64,000 nucleotides of DNA, from positions 61,721 through 125,720 of the forward strand of contig JAGXNO010000004.1 of the NCBI GenBank assembly GCA_019894975.1. The letters run 5' to 3'. Made by a program: the position numbers and the translations under genes. How positions within the stretch are numbered: the stretch's first letter is position 1; every line of letters starts with the position of its first letter. The notes beneath the pieces were generated by a model. It had not been told where the DNA came from, did no database searches, and was given only the letters and a program-made list of their open reading frames with translations. Origin of the DNA: Promethearchaeota archaeon. Lineage in GTDB: Archaea > Asgardarchaeota > Lokiarchaeia > Sigyniarchaeales > SOKP01. Below are positions 50,264 to 60,326 of the stretch, piece after piece.

Positions 50264-52204
50264 TTATCCCAGTTTTTCTTTCCAGTTTTCTATGTTATCC
50301 ATTATTTGTTTTGAATCACTTTCATTTAATAATATATCACTAAATCTATACTGATTGATTAAACTTCTTAGTTTATGTAAGGTAACAGAAAATCCTCGCT
50401 TTTCAAGAATTAGATCAGCAATCTTTTGGAGTTCGTTGCTAAAATCATCTCCCTTTATATTATATAATTTTTTAGATAATCCATCAAAGGCAGAATTGAT
50501 TAGACGACCAGCTTCATCTCCCTTTTTTCTGGTTGAAGAGGACACAAATGCTAATTTTTCCTGTAATTTCTTTTTTATTTCATCAATTTGAGGTTGATTG
50601 TCTGGTAAACTTGATGCTTTTTTGCTTTCTTGAGTTTTCTGTGCAATGGGTGATTTTCGCACAGTTTTTTCATACGGACTTTTAGTTGTGGTTATCGGTT
50701 TGACTCCCTTATATGTCTTAGATTCTACTTGACTTTTACTTGTTGGAGTTTGGGCTTTTTGTGAAGCATAAAAACTATCTGAATAAGCATCTTCCCATAA
50801 ATTTAGAATAATTGGATTTAGCAGTTCAATTAATGGCTTAAAATTAGATCCTATTCCTATAAAGTCATCAAGTGAACTTGTAGCATCTTCCCGAATAATA
50901 CCAATGGATATTTGAGTATCATCGCCTTTTAAAACTATTAAATTCTCGTTTTCAAGAGTTTTATAAATTATATTTGTAATAGATCTAAATTTCTTAACAC
51001 TACTATTTGTATGTGGTTCTGAAGCTGCAACTTTTATCTTTAAACTTTTTGGTATTTTTTCAAACTGTTCTACAGCTAAATGATTCTCAAGTTGAGGAAT
51101 TATAATTGTAAGTTCTTCTTTTGTTGTTGTCACCATTTTTTGAATTTCTTCATTAATTTTCGTAAGACTATTGATAGGCCAAATATTTGATATAGCTATA
51201 TGTTCTGATGATCTCATAGTATTGAAGTATTCCTTCATAATATCTTCAACGGGTTTACTCAAACCTGAAACTTGATCAACTGAATTTTGAATAACAATAT
51301 TTAAGTTTTCACCTAGCTTTGTTTCAAGATTTTTCATTTCGGTAGAAAGTAGATCATTGTTTTTCTTAATAAAATCATGAATTTTATTCATTTTGGTTTC
51401 AAAGTTATTTACCATATTAAGCAGAATTAATTTAAAATCATCTCTGTATTGTAATGAGGCATTTACCACCTCTTCTATAGGTTTAGCTGTATCTTTAAAT
51501 TTTTCTTCAATTAATTCGTGCAAATCAATAGAAAATTCCTGAACTAATTTATCCAATTTCTCTTTGAAAGTCTTGTCTATGATCGTTATTATTTCTTCTT
51601 TATGCTTCTTAAACTCTAGATTATTTATTTCATCAGTTATCTCTGATTTAATCCCTGAGATTTTTTTTATTAGATTAGCAAAATTCCTCTGAGTAACTAT
51701 TTTAATCTGTTGATTTAATTCAGCGACATTTTTATTTAAGCTTTTTAATTCTTCCATTCCTTCTACGATATCTTCTATCTCTTGTTTTTGAATGATTGTA
51801 TCTTCTTCAATATCTTTTCTGGATTCTTGGAATGACTCAAGAATTGTATCTAAATGGATCGTTTCATTTTTTTGAAAGGTTTGATTTACCGTATTTTTTA
51901 ATAAATTACTAATTGATACTTTTATGCTTTCTAAATTTGCATTTATGTTATCGTAATAGTTTATTATGGGTAGAAGTGGGGGTATCGCCAAATAATGTAA
52001 TAAAATTTCCTGCTTTTGAGGAACTATTTGAATTAACAAGCCCCCATTTATTAGTTGAGTTAAATCTTCTTCAAATTCATCCTGAGATCGGTTTGGAACC
52101 ATTGAATATAGTTCGTAAAAGGTAAGGGGACTCCTTCCTAATGATTCTACATATATCTTGATTGCATTATCAGAAAGCTGTAGTTTTTTTAAAAATTCCT
52201 CCAT
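50264..52204 (-). CDS. TrmB-like wHTH plus long coiled coil plus PLD-like domain protein
   Basis: FLKKLQLSDNAIKIY TrmB-like start, YLAIPP, coiled coil, EELTIIIP domain. Confidence 0.6.
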   Translation of the reverse strand: MEEFLKKLQLSDNAIKIYVESLGRSPLTFYELYSMVPNRSQDEFEEDLTQLINGGLLIQIVPQKQEILLHYLAIPPLLPIINYYDNINANLESIKVSISNLLKNTVNQTFQKNETIHLDTILESFQESRKDIEEDTIIQKQEIEDIVEGMEELKSLNKNVAELNQQIKIVTQRNFANLIKKISGIKSEITDEINNLEFKKHKEEIITIIDKTFKEKLDKLVQEFSIDLHELIEEKFKDTAKPIEEVVNASLQYRDDFKLILLNMVNNFETKMNKIHDFIKKNNDLLSTEMKNLETKLGENLNIVIQNSVDQVSGLSKPVEDIMKEYFNTMRSSEHIAISNIWPINSLTKINEEIQKMVTTTKEELTIIIPQLENHLAVEQFEKIPKSLKIKVAASEPHTNSSVKKFRSITNIIYKTLENENLIVLKGDDTQISIGIIREDATSSLDDFIGIGSNFKPLIELLNPIILNLWEDAYSDSFYASQKAQTPTSKSQVESKTYKGVKPITTTKSPYEKTVRKSPIAQKTQESKKASSLPDNQPQIDEIKKKLQEKLAFVSSSTRKKGDEAGRLINSAFDGLSKKLYNIKGDDFSNELQKIADLILEKRGFSVTLHKLRSLINQYRFSDILLNESDSKQIMDNIENWKEKLG

Positions 52205-52251
52205 TCATTTATCACCATCATTTCACGTATATTATATTTCTCTTAATCTTC

Positions 52252-52295
52252 TCTAAAAAATTTTAAGGTTTTTATTTTTCTAAAAAATTTTAAGG
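52252..52295. repeat. Perfect 17-bp direct repeat TCTAAAAAATTTTAAGG (52252-52268 and 52279-52295)
   Basis: Read directly; lies between divergent genes. Confidence 0.6.
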
Positions 52296-52357
52296 AGGTT
52301 TTATTATTATGATTTATAATAAAACATCAGCTATCTATTGATTTTTTGTAGCTAAAA

Positions 52358-53725
52358 GTGAAGAATATGAAGGAAGATATTTATTTTTACTTAGATTTAA
52401 CAAAAGATTTACTTAAAAAAAAGGAGATTATAAAAGCTATAAGGTACTACATTGAAGAAAAGAATAAAATCAATGTACAAGGGCACTATTCTCTTCTCAT
52501 TTTTCAAGAAGAGGGGAATCCAATATTTATAACAGATAAGAAAGATGCGGGGATAATTACAAATTCAATTGAAGAAAACTGGGGACTTCGACCAAAGAAG
52601 CAAAGTTTCTTTGAAAACGGTCTGTTCTATATTTTTTCTTACATAGCTGAAACAGTTAGAAAAAAATCTAAATTTAATAGAATAATAGTAATAACAGATA
52701 CTCCTTCTGATTTATCTGCCGATTACCAAGAAGCTTTGTTTAGTCTTGTTTCGAAAATAAAAAATTTTCCTACATTTATAGATATTATCCGAGTTTCTGA
52801 AACTACTAAACGGTTCTTTAGTGACGACGTTAAATTGAATATGCTAGCAAGCGATACAAAAGGATCAATCCATTACATTCAAGAAAAAAAAGAATTTACA
52901 ACTACAATTAAAAAATTAGTTAAAACTAAACAATTTACAAGCACTTTTGTTGATCAACCAGATCGTATCAGAATAAGTAAGGAAGACTATACATTTTATA
53001 ACTACTTGGCCAAACCCTTAAAACAATCGGAAGCAACAATGAAAAAATTAGTGTGTCACTTTTGTAATGAGGAAGTATGTCCAATTTGTACTGATATATA
53101 TGATATTCCATTATTTTGTGAGGATTGTAACGCTAAGTTTCACAAATGCTGCATTACAAATTACACTATAAACCACAATATAGGTATTCCTAATATTTTA
53201 CGTTGTCCCTCCTGTGATGTACTCCTTAAAATAGATGAAGATGAAATTATTGAAGTTTCTGGGGAAGTAGAGGTAAGCACAGTTAAAGATTTCATGGCAA
53301 AGGAAGTATTGGATCAAATTCCTAAACAACTTTCTAAATTAAAAGCTTTTCCAAAGTCTGCTCTTCCTATTGCTCCATTAGAAAGTGAAAAATTAGATTC
53401 TGCATCAACCACTAATAATTTAGATTCTGAAGGGGAGATCATTAAAACAGTCTATATTGGGGGATTTTTTGGAAAAGCATATACAGTTAAAAAAGTAAAT
53501 GATAAAATTGTATATGAGAGGATATCAACCAAAGCGACCTTCAAATCCAATAACTCAAATACCATTAAATTAGAAGAAAAACCGACAAACGTGAGCTCAT
53601 CAAACCCGAAGATTCTTACTAGAACAAAATCGAACTCGAATTTTATGATTTGTCAACAATGTGGAAGACATGTAAATCCAAACCAAGAAAGTAAATGTCC
53701 TAAATGTGGTTTTAGAATAACATAA
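52358..53725 (+). CDS. VWA-like plus RING/PHD-like finger plus C-terminal zinc ribbon protein (paralog 1)
   Basis: IIVITDTPS, FIDIIRV; CxxC..CxxC..CxxC...HxCC...CPSC; terminal CQQC..CPKC. Confidence 0.7.
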   Translation: MKNMKEDIYFYLDLTKDLLKKKEIIKAIRYYIEEKNKINVQGHYSLLIFQEEGNPIFITDKKDAGIITNSIEENWGLRPKKQSFFENGLFYIFSYIAETVRKKSKFNRIIVITDTPSDLSADYQEALFSLVSKIKNFPTFIDIIRVSETTKRFFSDDVKLNMLASDTKGSIHYIQEKKEFTTTIKKLVKTKQFTSTFVDQPDRIRISKEDYTFYNYLAKPLKQSEATMKKLVCHFCNEEVCPICTDIYDIPLFCEDCNAKFHKCCITNYTINHNIGIPNILRCPSCDVLLKIDEDEIIEVSGEVEVSTVKDFMAKEVLDQIPKQLSKLKAFPKSALPIAPLESEKLDSASTTNNLDSEGEIIKTVYIGGFFGKAYTVKKVNDKIVYERISTKATFKSNNSNTIKLEEKPTNVSSSNPKILTRTKSNSNFMICQQCGRHVNPNQESKCPKCGFRIT

Positions 53726-53878
53726 TGTTTTTTTAATAAATTTTTATAGAAATTATTAGTAATAGAAATTTAGACTATTTCAAAATCATAATAAATAAAA
53801 ATATATACAACTTCTAATATTATTTCTTTATAATTTAAGGATATAATTCATAGACCTATATATTAAAAAGATACAAAG

Positions 53879-55204
53879 ATGCTAACCGGTTCGGGCTCAA
53901 TAAATTCAGAGGAATTTATCTTTTTTATCGATATCATAACAGATTTTCTTAAGAAAAAGTCCTTAATGAAAGCAGTTAGTAGTTTCATTAAAGAAAAAAA
54001 TAAGTTTAACGCTTTAAGCTCATATGGCATCGTGATCTTTCAAAAGGATGAAAATCCAATAAATGATTATGATATAAAAGATTCTGAAACGGTTTTAAAT
54101 ACAATAAATAATGCATGGGAGACACGAGAGAAAACCCAGAGCTATTTAGAGAATGGGTTATATGAGATTTTAGCTTACATTTTTAGAAAAAGTAGAGATG
54201 CTCGAAAGAATTATCGTGTAATCATTATTTCAGATACGCCAAGTAAATTATCTGAAGATTATTACAATGCATTGTATGATTTGCTAATTAAGGCAAAGAA
54301 ATTTTCTGCGTTCATTGATATAATTCGAGTGGGGGGTGAGAAATTTTATGAAGATGATGTTAAGCTAAAAGTAATTTCAAGCGAAACTCATGGTGGTATG
54401 TTTTATTGCCAAGATGAAAAACTCCTACTTAATATTTTAGGATCTCTAACTCAAAATAAAAAGGAATTTAAAATCTTAAAAAATGATGAAATAGATCAAG
54501 TTCTAATTGAAGATAAAGTTTTTTATGAACGATTAGCAGTAGATCTTATAAGTCTTTCTCCAGATGATGAAGAAATATGCAATATTTGTGAACAAGAGTT
54601 ATGCCCTATTTGTGAAGCACATTCCGATGAGATCCATAAATGCTTTAATTGTAGTGCTAAATTTCACAGTTGTTGTGCCGCTAAATATTCCCTTGCTAAG
54701 AACATTGGAATACGCCACGTTTTCAGATGTCCTCAGTGCGAAACGCTATTAAAGATAGATGAGGAATTCGTTAATATGGTTTATGAAGAAGAAATGGAAG
54801 AAGAGTATCCTGAATTTGAATCAGAACAAATAATTACACCTGTATCCGAAGAATTAGAAATCGAACAAGAACCAATTGAAGAAGAAATAACGATCTCGGA
54901 AGATCAAATAGAAGAAGAGATTAATCTTGGAGGATTAAATCCTCCTATTTCTGCTCCAGAAACCACAAAAAAGGTAAAAGTTGGAGGATTTTTTGGTAAA
55001 GAAATTGAAATTAAGCTAAAAAAGGATTCAGACCCTATTACTGTAATTCCTCCCCCAATTAAAAAAGCGGAAAAACCCGTTTCCATTACTACTTTAAAAC
55101 CTCCAAGAAAAAGGGGTGCTACTTCAATTAAATTATGTAAAATATGTGGTACTACACTCCAAAATACTAAAAACTGCCCAATGTGTGGGGCAAAAGTCGA
55201 TTAA
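53879..55204 (+). CDS. VWA-like plus RING/PHD-like finger plus C-terminal zinc ribbon protein (paralog 2)
   Basis: VIIISDTPS, FIDIIRV; CNIC..CPIC..CFNC..FHSCC..CPQC; terminal CKIC..CPMC. Confidence 0.7.
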   Translation: MLTGSGSINSEEFIFFIDIITDFLKKKSLMKAVSSFIKEKNKFNALSSYGIVIFQKDENPINDYDIKDSETVLNTINNAWETREKTQSYLENGLYEILAYIFRKSRDARKNYRVIIISDTPSKLSEDYYNALYDLLIKAKKFSAFIDIIRVGGEKFYEDDVKLKVISSETHGGMFYCQDEKLLLNILGSLTQNKKEFKILKNDEIDQVLIEDKVFYERLAVDLISLSPDDEEICNICEQELCPICEAHSDEIHKCFNCSAKFHSCCAAKYSLAKNIGIRHVFRCPQCETLLKIDEEFVNMVYEEEMEEEYPEFESEQIITPVSEELEIEQEPIEEEITISEDQIEEEINLGGLNPPISAPETTKKVKVGGFFGKEIEIKLKKDSDPITVIPPPIKKAEKPVSITTLKPPRKRGATSIKLCKICGTTLQNTKNCPMCGAKVD

Positions 55205-55210
55205 ATGAAT

Positions 55211-55765
55211 TTAGTTGATCTCAAAATCCTCTATAAAGTGGATTCCTGACACTTGAGTTTCTTTGATAGCAACGAACTCTTTTTTCAAAATAAAAGCGCG
55301 TTCTCTCAACAATTTCAAGATTTCTATTATTTTCGATTTATGAAAATCATTTAGAGTTAGTGTGAATTTTTTTTCTGTTGTATGATTAAAAAAATGAAAA
55401 TAATATACATTGAAGGGTTTTAGTCGAAGTTTTTTCAGTTTAACTTCTATTTTTTCAAATTCGGACCATTGAATAAGAAATTGAGGTTTGTGAGGTAATG
55501 TAACTTCAATCTCTTCATAAGAAATTGATACTTTTCTGAGTTTTCCCGGAGACCTTGTAGCAACATAATAATAATATAAAACAAAGATGAGGATTAAACC
55601 AATACTTAATAATGTGGCGAGAGGTGACTCAGGGGTTGTAATCATTAAATAAATATTAAAAATTGCCAGAGCAGTAATAAAAACGATGATAATCCAGCAA
55701 GGCATTCTGAAGTTGTTAAATCTTTCTCCAGAGAAATCAATGATTTCTATTTTTTCACTCTCCAT
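55211..55765 (-). CDS. Two-TM membrane protein with beta-rich (PH-like) C-terminal domain
   Basis: Two hydrophobic helices then IQWSEFEKIEV pattern. Confidence 0.55.
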   Translation of the reverse strand: MESEKIEIIDFSGERFNNFRMPCWIIIVFITALAIFNIYLMITTPESPLATLLSIGLILIFVLYYYYVATRSPGKLRKVSISYEEIEVTLPHKPQFLIQWSEFEKIEVKLKKLRLKPFNVYYFHFFNHTTEKKFTLTLNDFHKSKIIEILKLLRERAFILKKEFVAIKETQVSGIHFIEDFEIN

Positions 55766-55895
55766 TTTCTTAATTTTACTTTAATTAAGTTCACATATAA
55801 ACTTTCATGAAAAATATTTCAATCATGGAAATATTAATCTAGTTAAATAAGATGTATATTTATAAGTTAATTAATCAAAGAAGTAGGTCTTTTAG

Positions 55896-57236
55896 ATGTT
55901 TATTAAAGAAGAGTTAGAGAAATTTCAGAAAGATAGACCAAAATCAGAACGGCTTTGGCAAAAAGCACTTGATGTTTTGCCCGGGGGAGTATCTCACAAT
56001 ATTAGAACCTTTGGTCTACCTTTAATTGGGAGTTTTCCCGTTTTTATTAAATCAAGTAATGGGGCATATTTGAAAGATATAGATAATAATGAATACATAG
56101 ATTGTTGGAATGGTCACTTTGCAATGATTTTAGGACATAATCCTCCAGAAGTACGAAACGAGATAAAGAAATATCTAGTGGAGGGATGGCATTTTGGTAC
56201 TAATACTGAATACCAAGTCGGACTTGCAGAAACAATAATTCAGAGGAATCCTGGAATTGAGAAAATCAGATTTTGTGTATCAGGGACGGAAGCAACTATG
56301 TATGCTTCACGGTTAGCCCGAGCATTTACTAAAAAAAGATTAGTAGCTAAAGCGAGATTAGGTTGGCACGGAGCAAATGATACCTTATTGTATGATATAG
56401 GATCCTTAAAACGTGATCAAGTTTCTCCAGGACTACTTAAAGCAGAACAAGCAGGAATTTTAAGTTTTCAAATCAATGATGAGAGTGCATTCGACTTAAT
56501 AAAAGAAAATTCTCATGATTTAGCTGCTATAATCATTGAACCTGTTTTAGGAGGTGGTGGAGGATTTCCTGTTGATTTAGAATTCCTAAAAAGGCTTAAG
56601 GAAGATTGCGAAAAGTATGGGATTCTTTTAATTTTTGATGAAATAATCACGGGATACCGTTTTGTAGATAGTTTTTTTCAGAATGAAGTGGGTGTGATTC
56701 CTGATTTAACGACAATGGGAAAGATTATAGGTGGAGGTATGCCAATAGGAGGTATAGGGGGGAGAAAAGATATTATTGATCGATCTAGCCCAGATGCAGA
56801 AAATCAAGTGCTAATAGGGGGCGGAACATTCTCAGGATATCCCCTTAGTATGATTGCAGGACTAAAAACTTTAGAAATATTAAAAGGTTCTCCCCATAAT
56901 TATGAAAGAATAAATAAGGAAGGAGAATCCTTATTAAATAATCTGAATAGATTTTTTAAAGAAGAAAAATCACAGATTAACGCGGTAGGGCATAAATCTA
57001 TGATAATGCTCCATGCTCTCTCGAAATGGATTGAAAATCCTTCAATGGAAGAGATTTTTAAATTCAAAGATAAAAAACGTGAAGCCTTACTTCAATTAGC
57101 CCTTTTTAATCGAGATATTTCAGGGTTGCATGGTTTGGGTTCAATATCCATGGCTCATACTCATGAGAATCTATTAAAAATTCAAGAGACGGTAAAGGAA
57201 ATCTCTCAACCAGTTTCTCAATCAAAGTTTAAGTAA
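55896..57236 (+). CDS. Class III PLP aminotransferase, glutamate-1-semialdehyde aminomutase-like
   Basis: LPGGVSHNIR, SGTEATM, LIFDEIITGYR, PDLTTMGKIIGGG, GGTFSG. Confidence 0.85.
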   Translation: MFIKEELEKFQKDRPKSERLWQKALDVLPGGVSHNIRTFGLPLIGSFPVFIKSSNGAYLKDIDNNEYIDCWNGHFAMILGHNPPEVRNEIKKYLVEGWHFGTNTEYQVGLAETIIQRNPGIEKIRFCVSGTEATMYASRLARAFTKKRLVAKARLGWHGANDTLLYDIGSLKRDQVSPGLLKAEQAGILSFQINDESAFDLIKENSHDLAAIIIEPVLGGGGGFPVDLEFLKRLKEDCEKYGILLIFDEIITGYRFVDSFFQNEVGVIPDLTTMGKIIGGGMPIGGIGGRKDIIDRSSPDAENQVLIGGGTFSGYPLSMIAGLKTLEILKGSPHNYERINKEGESLLNNLNRFFKEEKSQINAVGHKSMIMLHALSKWIENPSMEEIFKFKDKKREALLQLALFNRDISGLHGLGSISMAHTHENLLKIQETVKEISQPVSQSKFK

Positions 57237-57306
57237 AATCGTAAAAAATAAAGTAATACTTATATTTTCAAACTTATTCATAAAACACTAAAAAATTGGG
57301 ATAGTT

Positions 57307-58332
57307 ATGCATAAACCATTTGAGATTATACAAGTAGGATTGGGTCCTATGGGCAAAATAATAACATCTCTACTACTCAAAAGACAAAACATTTTGTTGA
57401 GAGGAGTTGTTGATATTAATCCTCAACTTATTGATAAAAAACTAAGTGATTTAGTAGATTGTGATAAGGACATAGATTTAATTATTGAATCGGATTTAAA
57501 TGCCGTGCTCTCAAGGGAGAAGGCTGATGTTGTTATTATAGCCACTTCTTCTTCTGTAGAAAAGATCTTTCCGACCATTGAAAAGGTAGTTAAATCAGGA
57601 ATACATGTAATATCAATTTGTGAGGAATTACCATATCCATTTCAATATCAAGCTGAACTTTCTAAAAAAATAGATATTCTGGCAAAGGATAATAATGTAA
57701 CTGTTGTTGGAACAGGAATTAATCCAGGTTACCTCATGGATTTACTACCTATTGTATTAACTGCCCCACTCCAGAGTGTTAATTCTATTAAAGTCACAAG
57801 AATGATGAATTCTGCTAAAAGAAGAGTACCTTTTCAAAAGAAGATCGGAACTGGTTTAAGTGTTAGTGAATTTCATAGAAAAATTAACGAAAAAGAAATT
57901 ACGGGACATGTAGGATTGACACAATCAATACAGATGATTGTAACGGCCTTAGGTTTAAAGTATGACGAAATAATTGAATTACCACCAAAGGAAATAATAA
58001 CTACTAAAGATTTCACTACTTCTTATGGTGAAACTGTGCAAGAAGGGTATGTGTGCCGCCTACAAAGTAAAGCTCTCGCAAAAAAGCAAGAAAAAGAAGT
58101 TATTACATTAGATTTTGTCGCATATGCGGGAGAACATGAAGAATATGATAGCATATCTATAGAAGGAATACCATCGATAGAACAAAAAATTAGAGGTGGA
58201 GTTCATGGAGATTTAGGTACATCAGCAATGGTAGCTAATTTAATACCGAAAGTCATTACTGCTAGACCAGGATTACTCACAATGAAAGATCTCCCCGTCC
58301 CGTGTAATACTGAAAACATATGGAAAACGTAA
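57307..58332 (+). CDS. 2,4-diaminopentanoate dehydrogenase-like (DapB-N Rossmann) oxidoreductase
   Basis: GLGPMG, ICEEL, GTGINPGYLMD, GHVGL, GGVHGD..T, PGLLTMKDLP. Confidence 0.8.
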   Translation: MHKPFEIIQVGLGPMGKIITSLLLKRQNILLRGVVDINPQLIDKKLSDLVDCDKDIDLIIESDLNAVLSREKADVVIIATSSSVEKIFPTIEKVVKSGIHVISICEELPYPFQYQAELSKKIDILAKDNNVTVVGTGINPGYLMDLLPIVLTAPLQSVNSIKVTRMMNSAKRRVPFQKKIGTGLSVSEFHRKINEKEITGHVGLTQSIQMIVTALGLKYDEIIELPPKEIITTKDFTTSYGETVQEGYVCRLQSKALAKKQEKEVITLDFVAYAGEHEEYDSISIEGIPSIEQKIRGGVHGDLGTSAMVANLIPKVITARPGLLTMKDLPVPCNTENIWKT

Positions 58333-58355
58333 ATCATTAAATTTAGAGAAAGAAA

Positions 58356-59342
58356 TTAAAATCCTGCACTAATTGGAAAATATAATATTATTGCAAGAAT
58401 AGCTGACATTGGAAAGGTCAATAACCATATCGCTACTATTTTCCATAATCCTTTCTTCATAGGAGCATTACTTGCTTTTGATAAACCTACTAAAGATGCC
58501 ACTAGCATGTGAGATCCAGAAAGAGGTATTTTTTGAATCGTTCCAATAAGCATAACTGCTGCTGTTGGTAATTGTGCTGCAAATGCAGTACTCGGGCGTA
58601 ATTCCGTCATTCTACCTAAACTTCTAATAACAATCCTCCCTAGCACTATGATACCCAAAGCTAAACCAACTCCCGTCAGAGCTAATAAAGCAGTTAGATT
58701 GAGATCTCCTTCAACTCCAAACACGATTCCAACGGCATTAGAACAATCATTTCCCGCTCTTGAGAAAGCGGTTATAAATATCACAACTAATATTATAAGG
58801 GCGTATCTGTTCTCTGATCTTTCAAAATCTTGAAATCCATTTAAATGTTTAACTTTATGCCTATTCAGTATTTTAACAACGAGATAAGTCACTACAAAAC
58901 CTACCACCGGTGATAATAGCCACCACATACTCATTCCTAATATTGTGTTCCAATCTACCCCATTACCCCCGCCTAACAATAATCCCAATCCCATAATTGA
59001 ACCTATTGTGGCATGAGTTGTAGAAATTGGAAGACCTAAAGCACTAGCTACTATTAACCAAATAGTAGTTGAGATTAAAATTGTCAAAACAACAGCATTC
59101 TGGTCAACACTTGCTGCAAAATTGTCTGTTAAAAGAATATCACCTCCTACAGATTTCGCAACTCCTTCTCCTAATAATAATGCCCCCAAGATAGCAAAAA
59201 TCGTCGCTAATATAAGGATTTGTTTCATATTTAAAATTCTTGAACCATAAATAGAAGCAAAGCTTTCGTCGTTCGCTCCAATGGCGATAGCAATAAGTAT
59301 GGATATTACCATAAATATTGTGAGTATTACGACAGGATCCAT
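58356..59342 (-). CDS. PiT-family inorganic phosphate transporter
   Basis: GANDE, GLPISTTHA, AGNDCSNA, PLSGSH. Confidence 0.9.
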   Translation of the reverse strand: MDPVVILTIFMVISILIAIAIGANDESFASIYGSRILNMKQILILATIFAILGALLLGEGVAKSVGGDILLTDNFAASVDQNAVVLTILISTTIWLIVASALGLPISTTHATIGSIMGLGLLLGGGNGVDWNTILGMSMWWLLSPVVGFVVTYLVVKILNRHKVKHLNGFQDFERSENRYALIILVVIFITAFSRAGNDCSNAVGIVFGVEGDLNLTALLALTGVGLALGIIVLGRIVIRSLGRMTELRPSTAFAAQLPTAAVMLIGTIQKIPLSGSHMLVASLVGLSKASNAPMKKGLWKIVAIWLLTFPMSAILAIILYFPISAGF

Positions 59343-59379
59343 GTTATTTTCGTCTCCCTATAAACAATATATTAGATTT

Positions 59380-60057
59380 TTATTTACTTGGATATTTCAC
59401 AATTAAGCTTCGTAAAAAATCACTAATTTCTTCAGCTCTGACAATCATATCAAAGATTTTGATGCATATTTTCGATGTTAGGTATACTCGGAGAGACTTT
59501 TCTTCTGGTTTTTTATAAAGTGTTCCCAAGATATTGTATTTTGCCTCACGAGCATCTCTTTTAAGAGTTTCAATGTGGAAGCTTTTTTCGTAAGCTGATT
59601 TGAAATCAGTCTCCATTAAATTTACCATATCCACTAACATATCAATTGTTTCTTGGTAAATGTCATTAATTATTTTCATATTCTCTTTAATATCATCAAG
59701 AAGTTTAAAGGGATACACTTTAAGACCTCTTGCTAGTTCTTCAGAGTTATCTGAGACAACATCTAAGTATTTAATAATTCGATAACGATCTTCAATTAAA
59801 AACGGAAGAGCTCGTTTATCCTTATATAGAACATTGATATAACTTTCCTTAGCAAGATCAGCTTTATGTTCACATTTTATTACATCATCTAATTTCTTTT
59901 TAACAATCTTTCCATTAATAAGATCATTAATGCATTCATGAAGTAACAGAGAACCTTCTAAAACTTCCATGTAGAATTTAGTTGCAGCATCTAATAATTC
60001 CCTTCTTTTATCTTTTTTGAGCTTTAATTTCAATTTTTTTAACTTCATTTCATTCAC
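59380..60057 (-). CDS. DUF47 (PhoU-like) phosphate transport regulator
   Basis: EHKAD, LPFLIEDR, AEEISD; upstream of PiT. Confidence 0.85.
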   Translation of the reverse strand: MNEMKLKKLKLKLKKDKRRELLDAATKFYMEVLEGSLLLHECINDLINGKIVKKKLDDVIKCEHKADLAKESYINVLYKDKRALPFLIEDRYRIIKYLDVVSDNSEELARGLKVYPFKLLDDIKENMKIINDIYQETIDMLVDMVNLMETDFKSAYEKSFHIETLKRDAREAKYNILGTLYKKPEEKSLRVYLTSKICIKIFDMIVRAEEISDFLRSLIVKYPSK

Positions 60058-60326
60058 ATAAAGAATTAACTATTGATCCATTTCAACTTAATAATCACAT
60101 TTATTATTTATTTCTTAAAAAAAATTGCATTTTCTCTTTGATAATAAATAGTTTCAGATTAAAATCGAAAAAAATATTATATAATTAGTCTTTTACCCCT
60201 TTAATTACGTTAAACAAAATCTCTTGCCATCTCTTAAAATAAAACTTGAAGATATAATTCTACTCCTATCAACGATTTCATGGAAGAAAATAACGACAAC
60301 TGGACTCCTCCTTGGAGCGATTTCGC

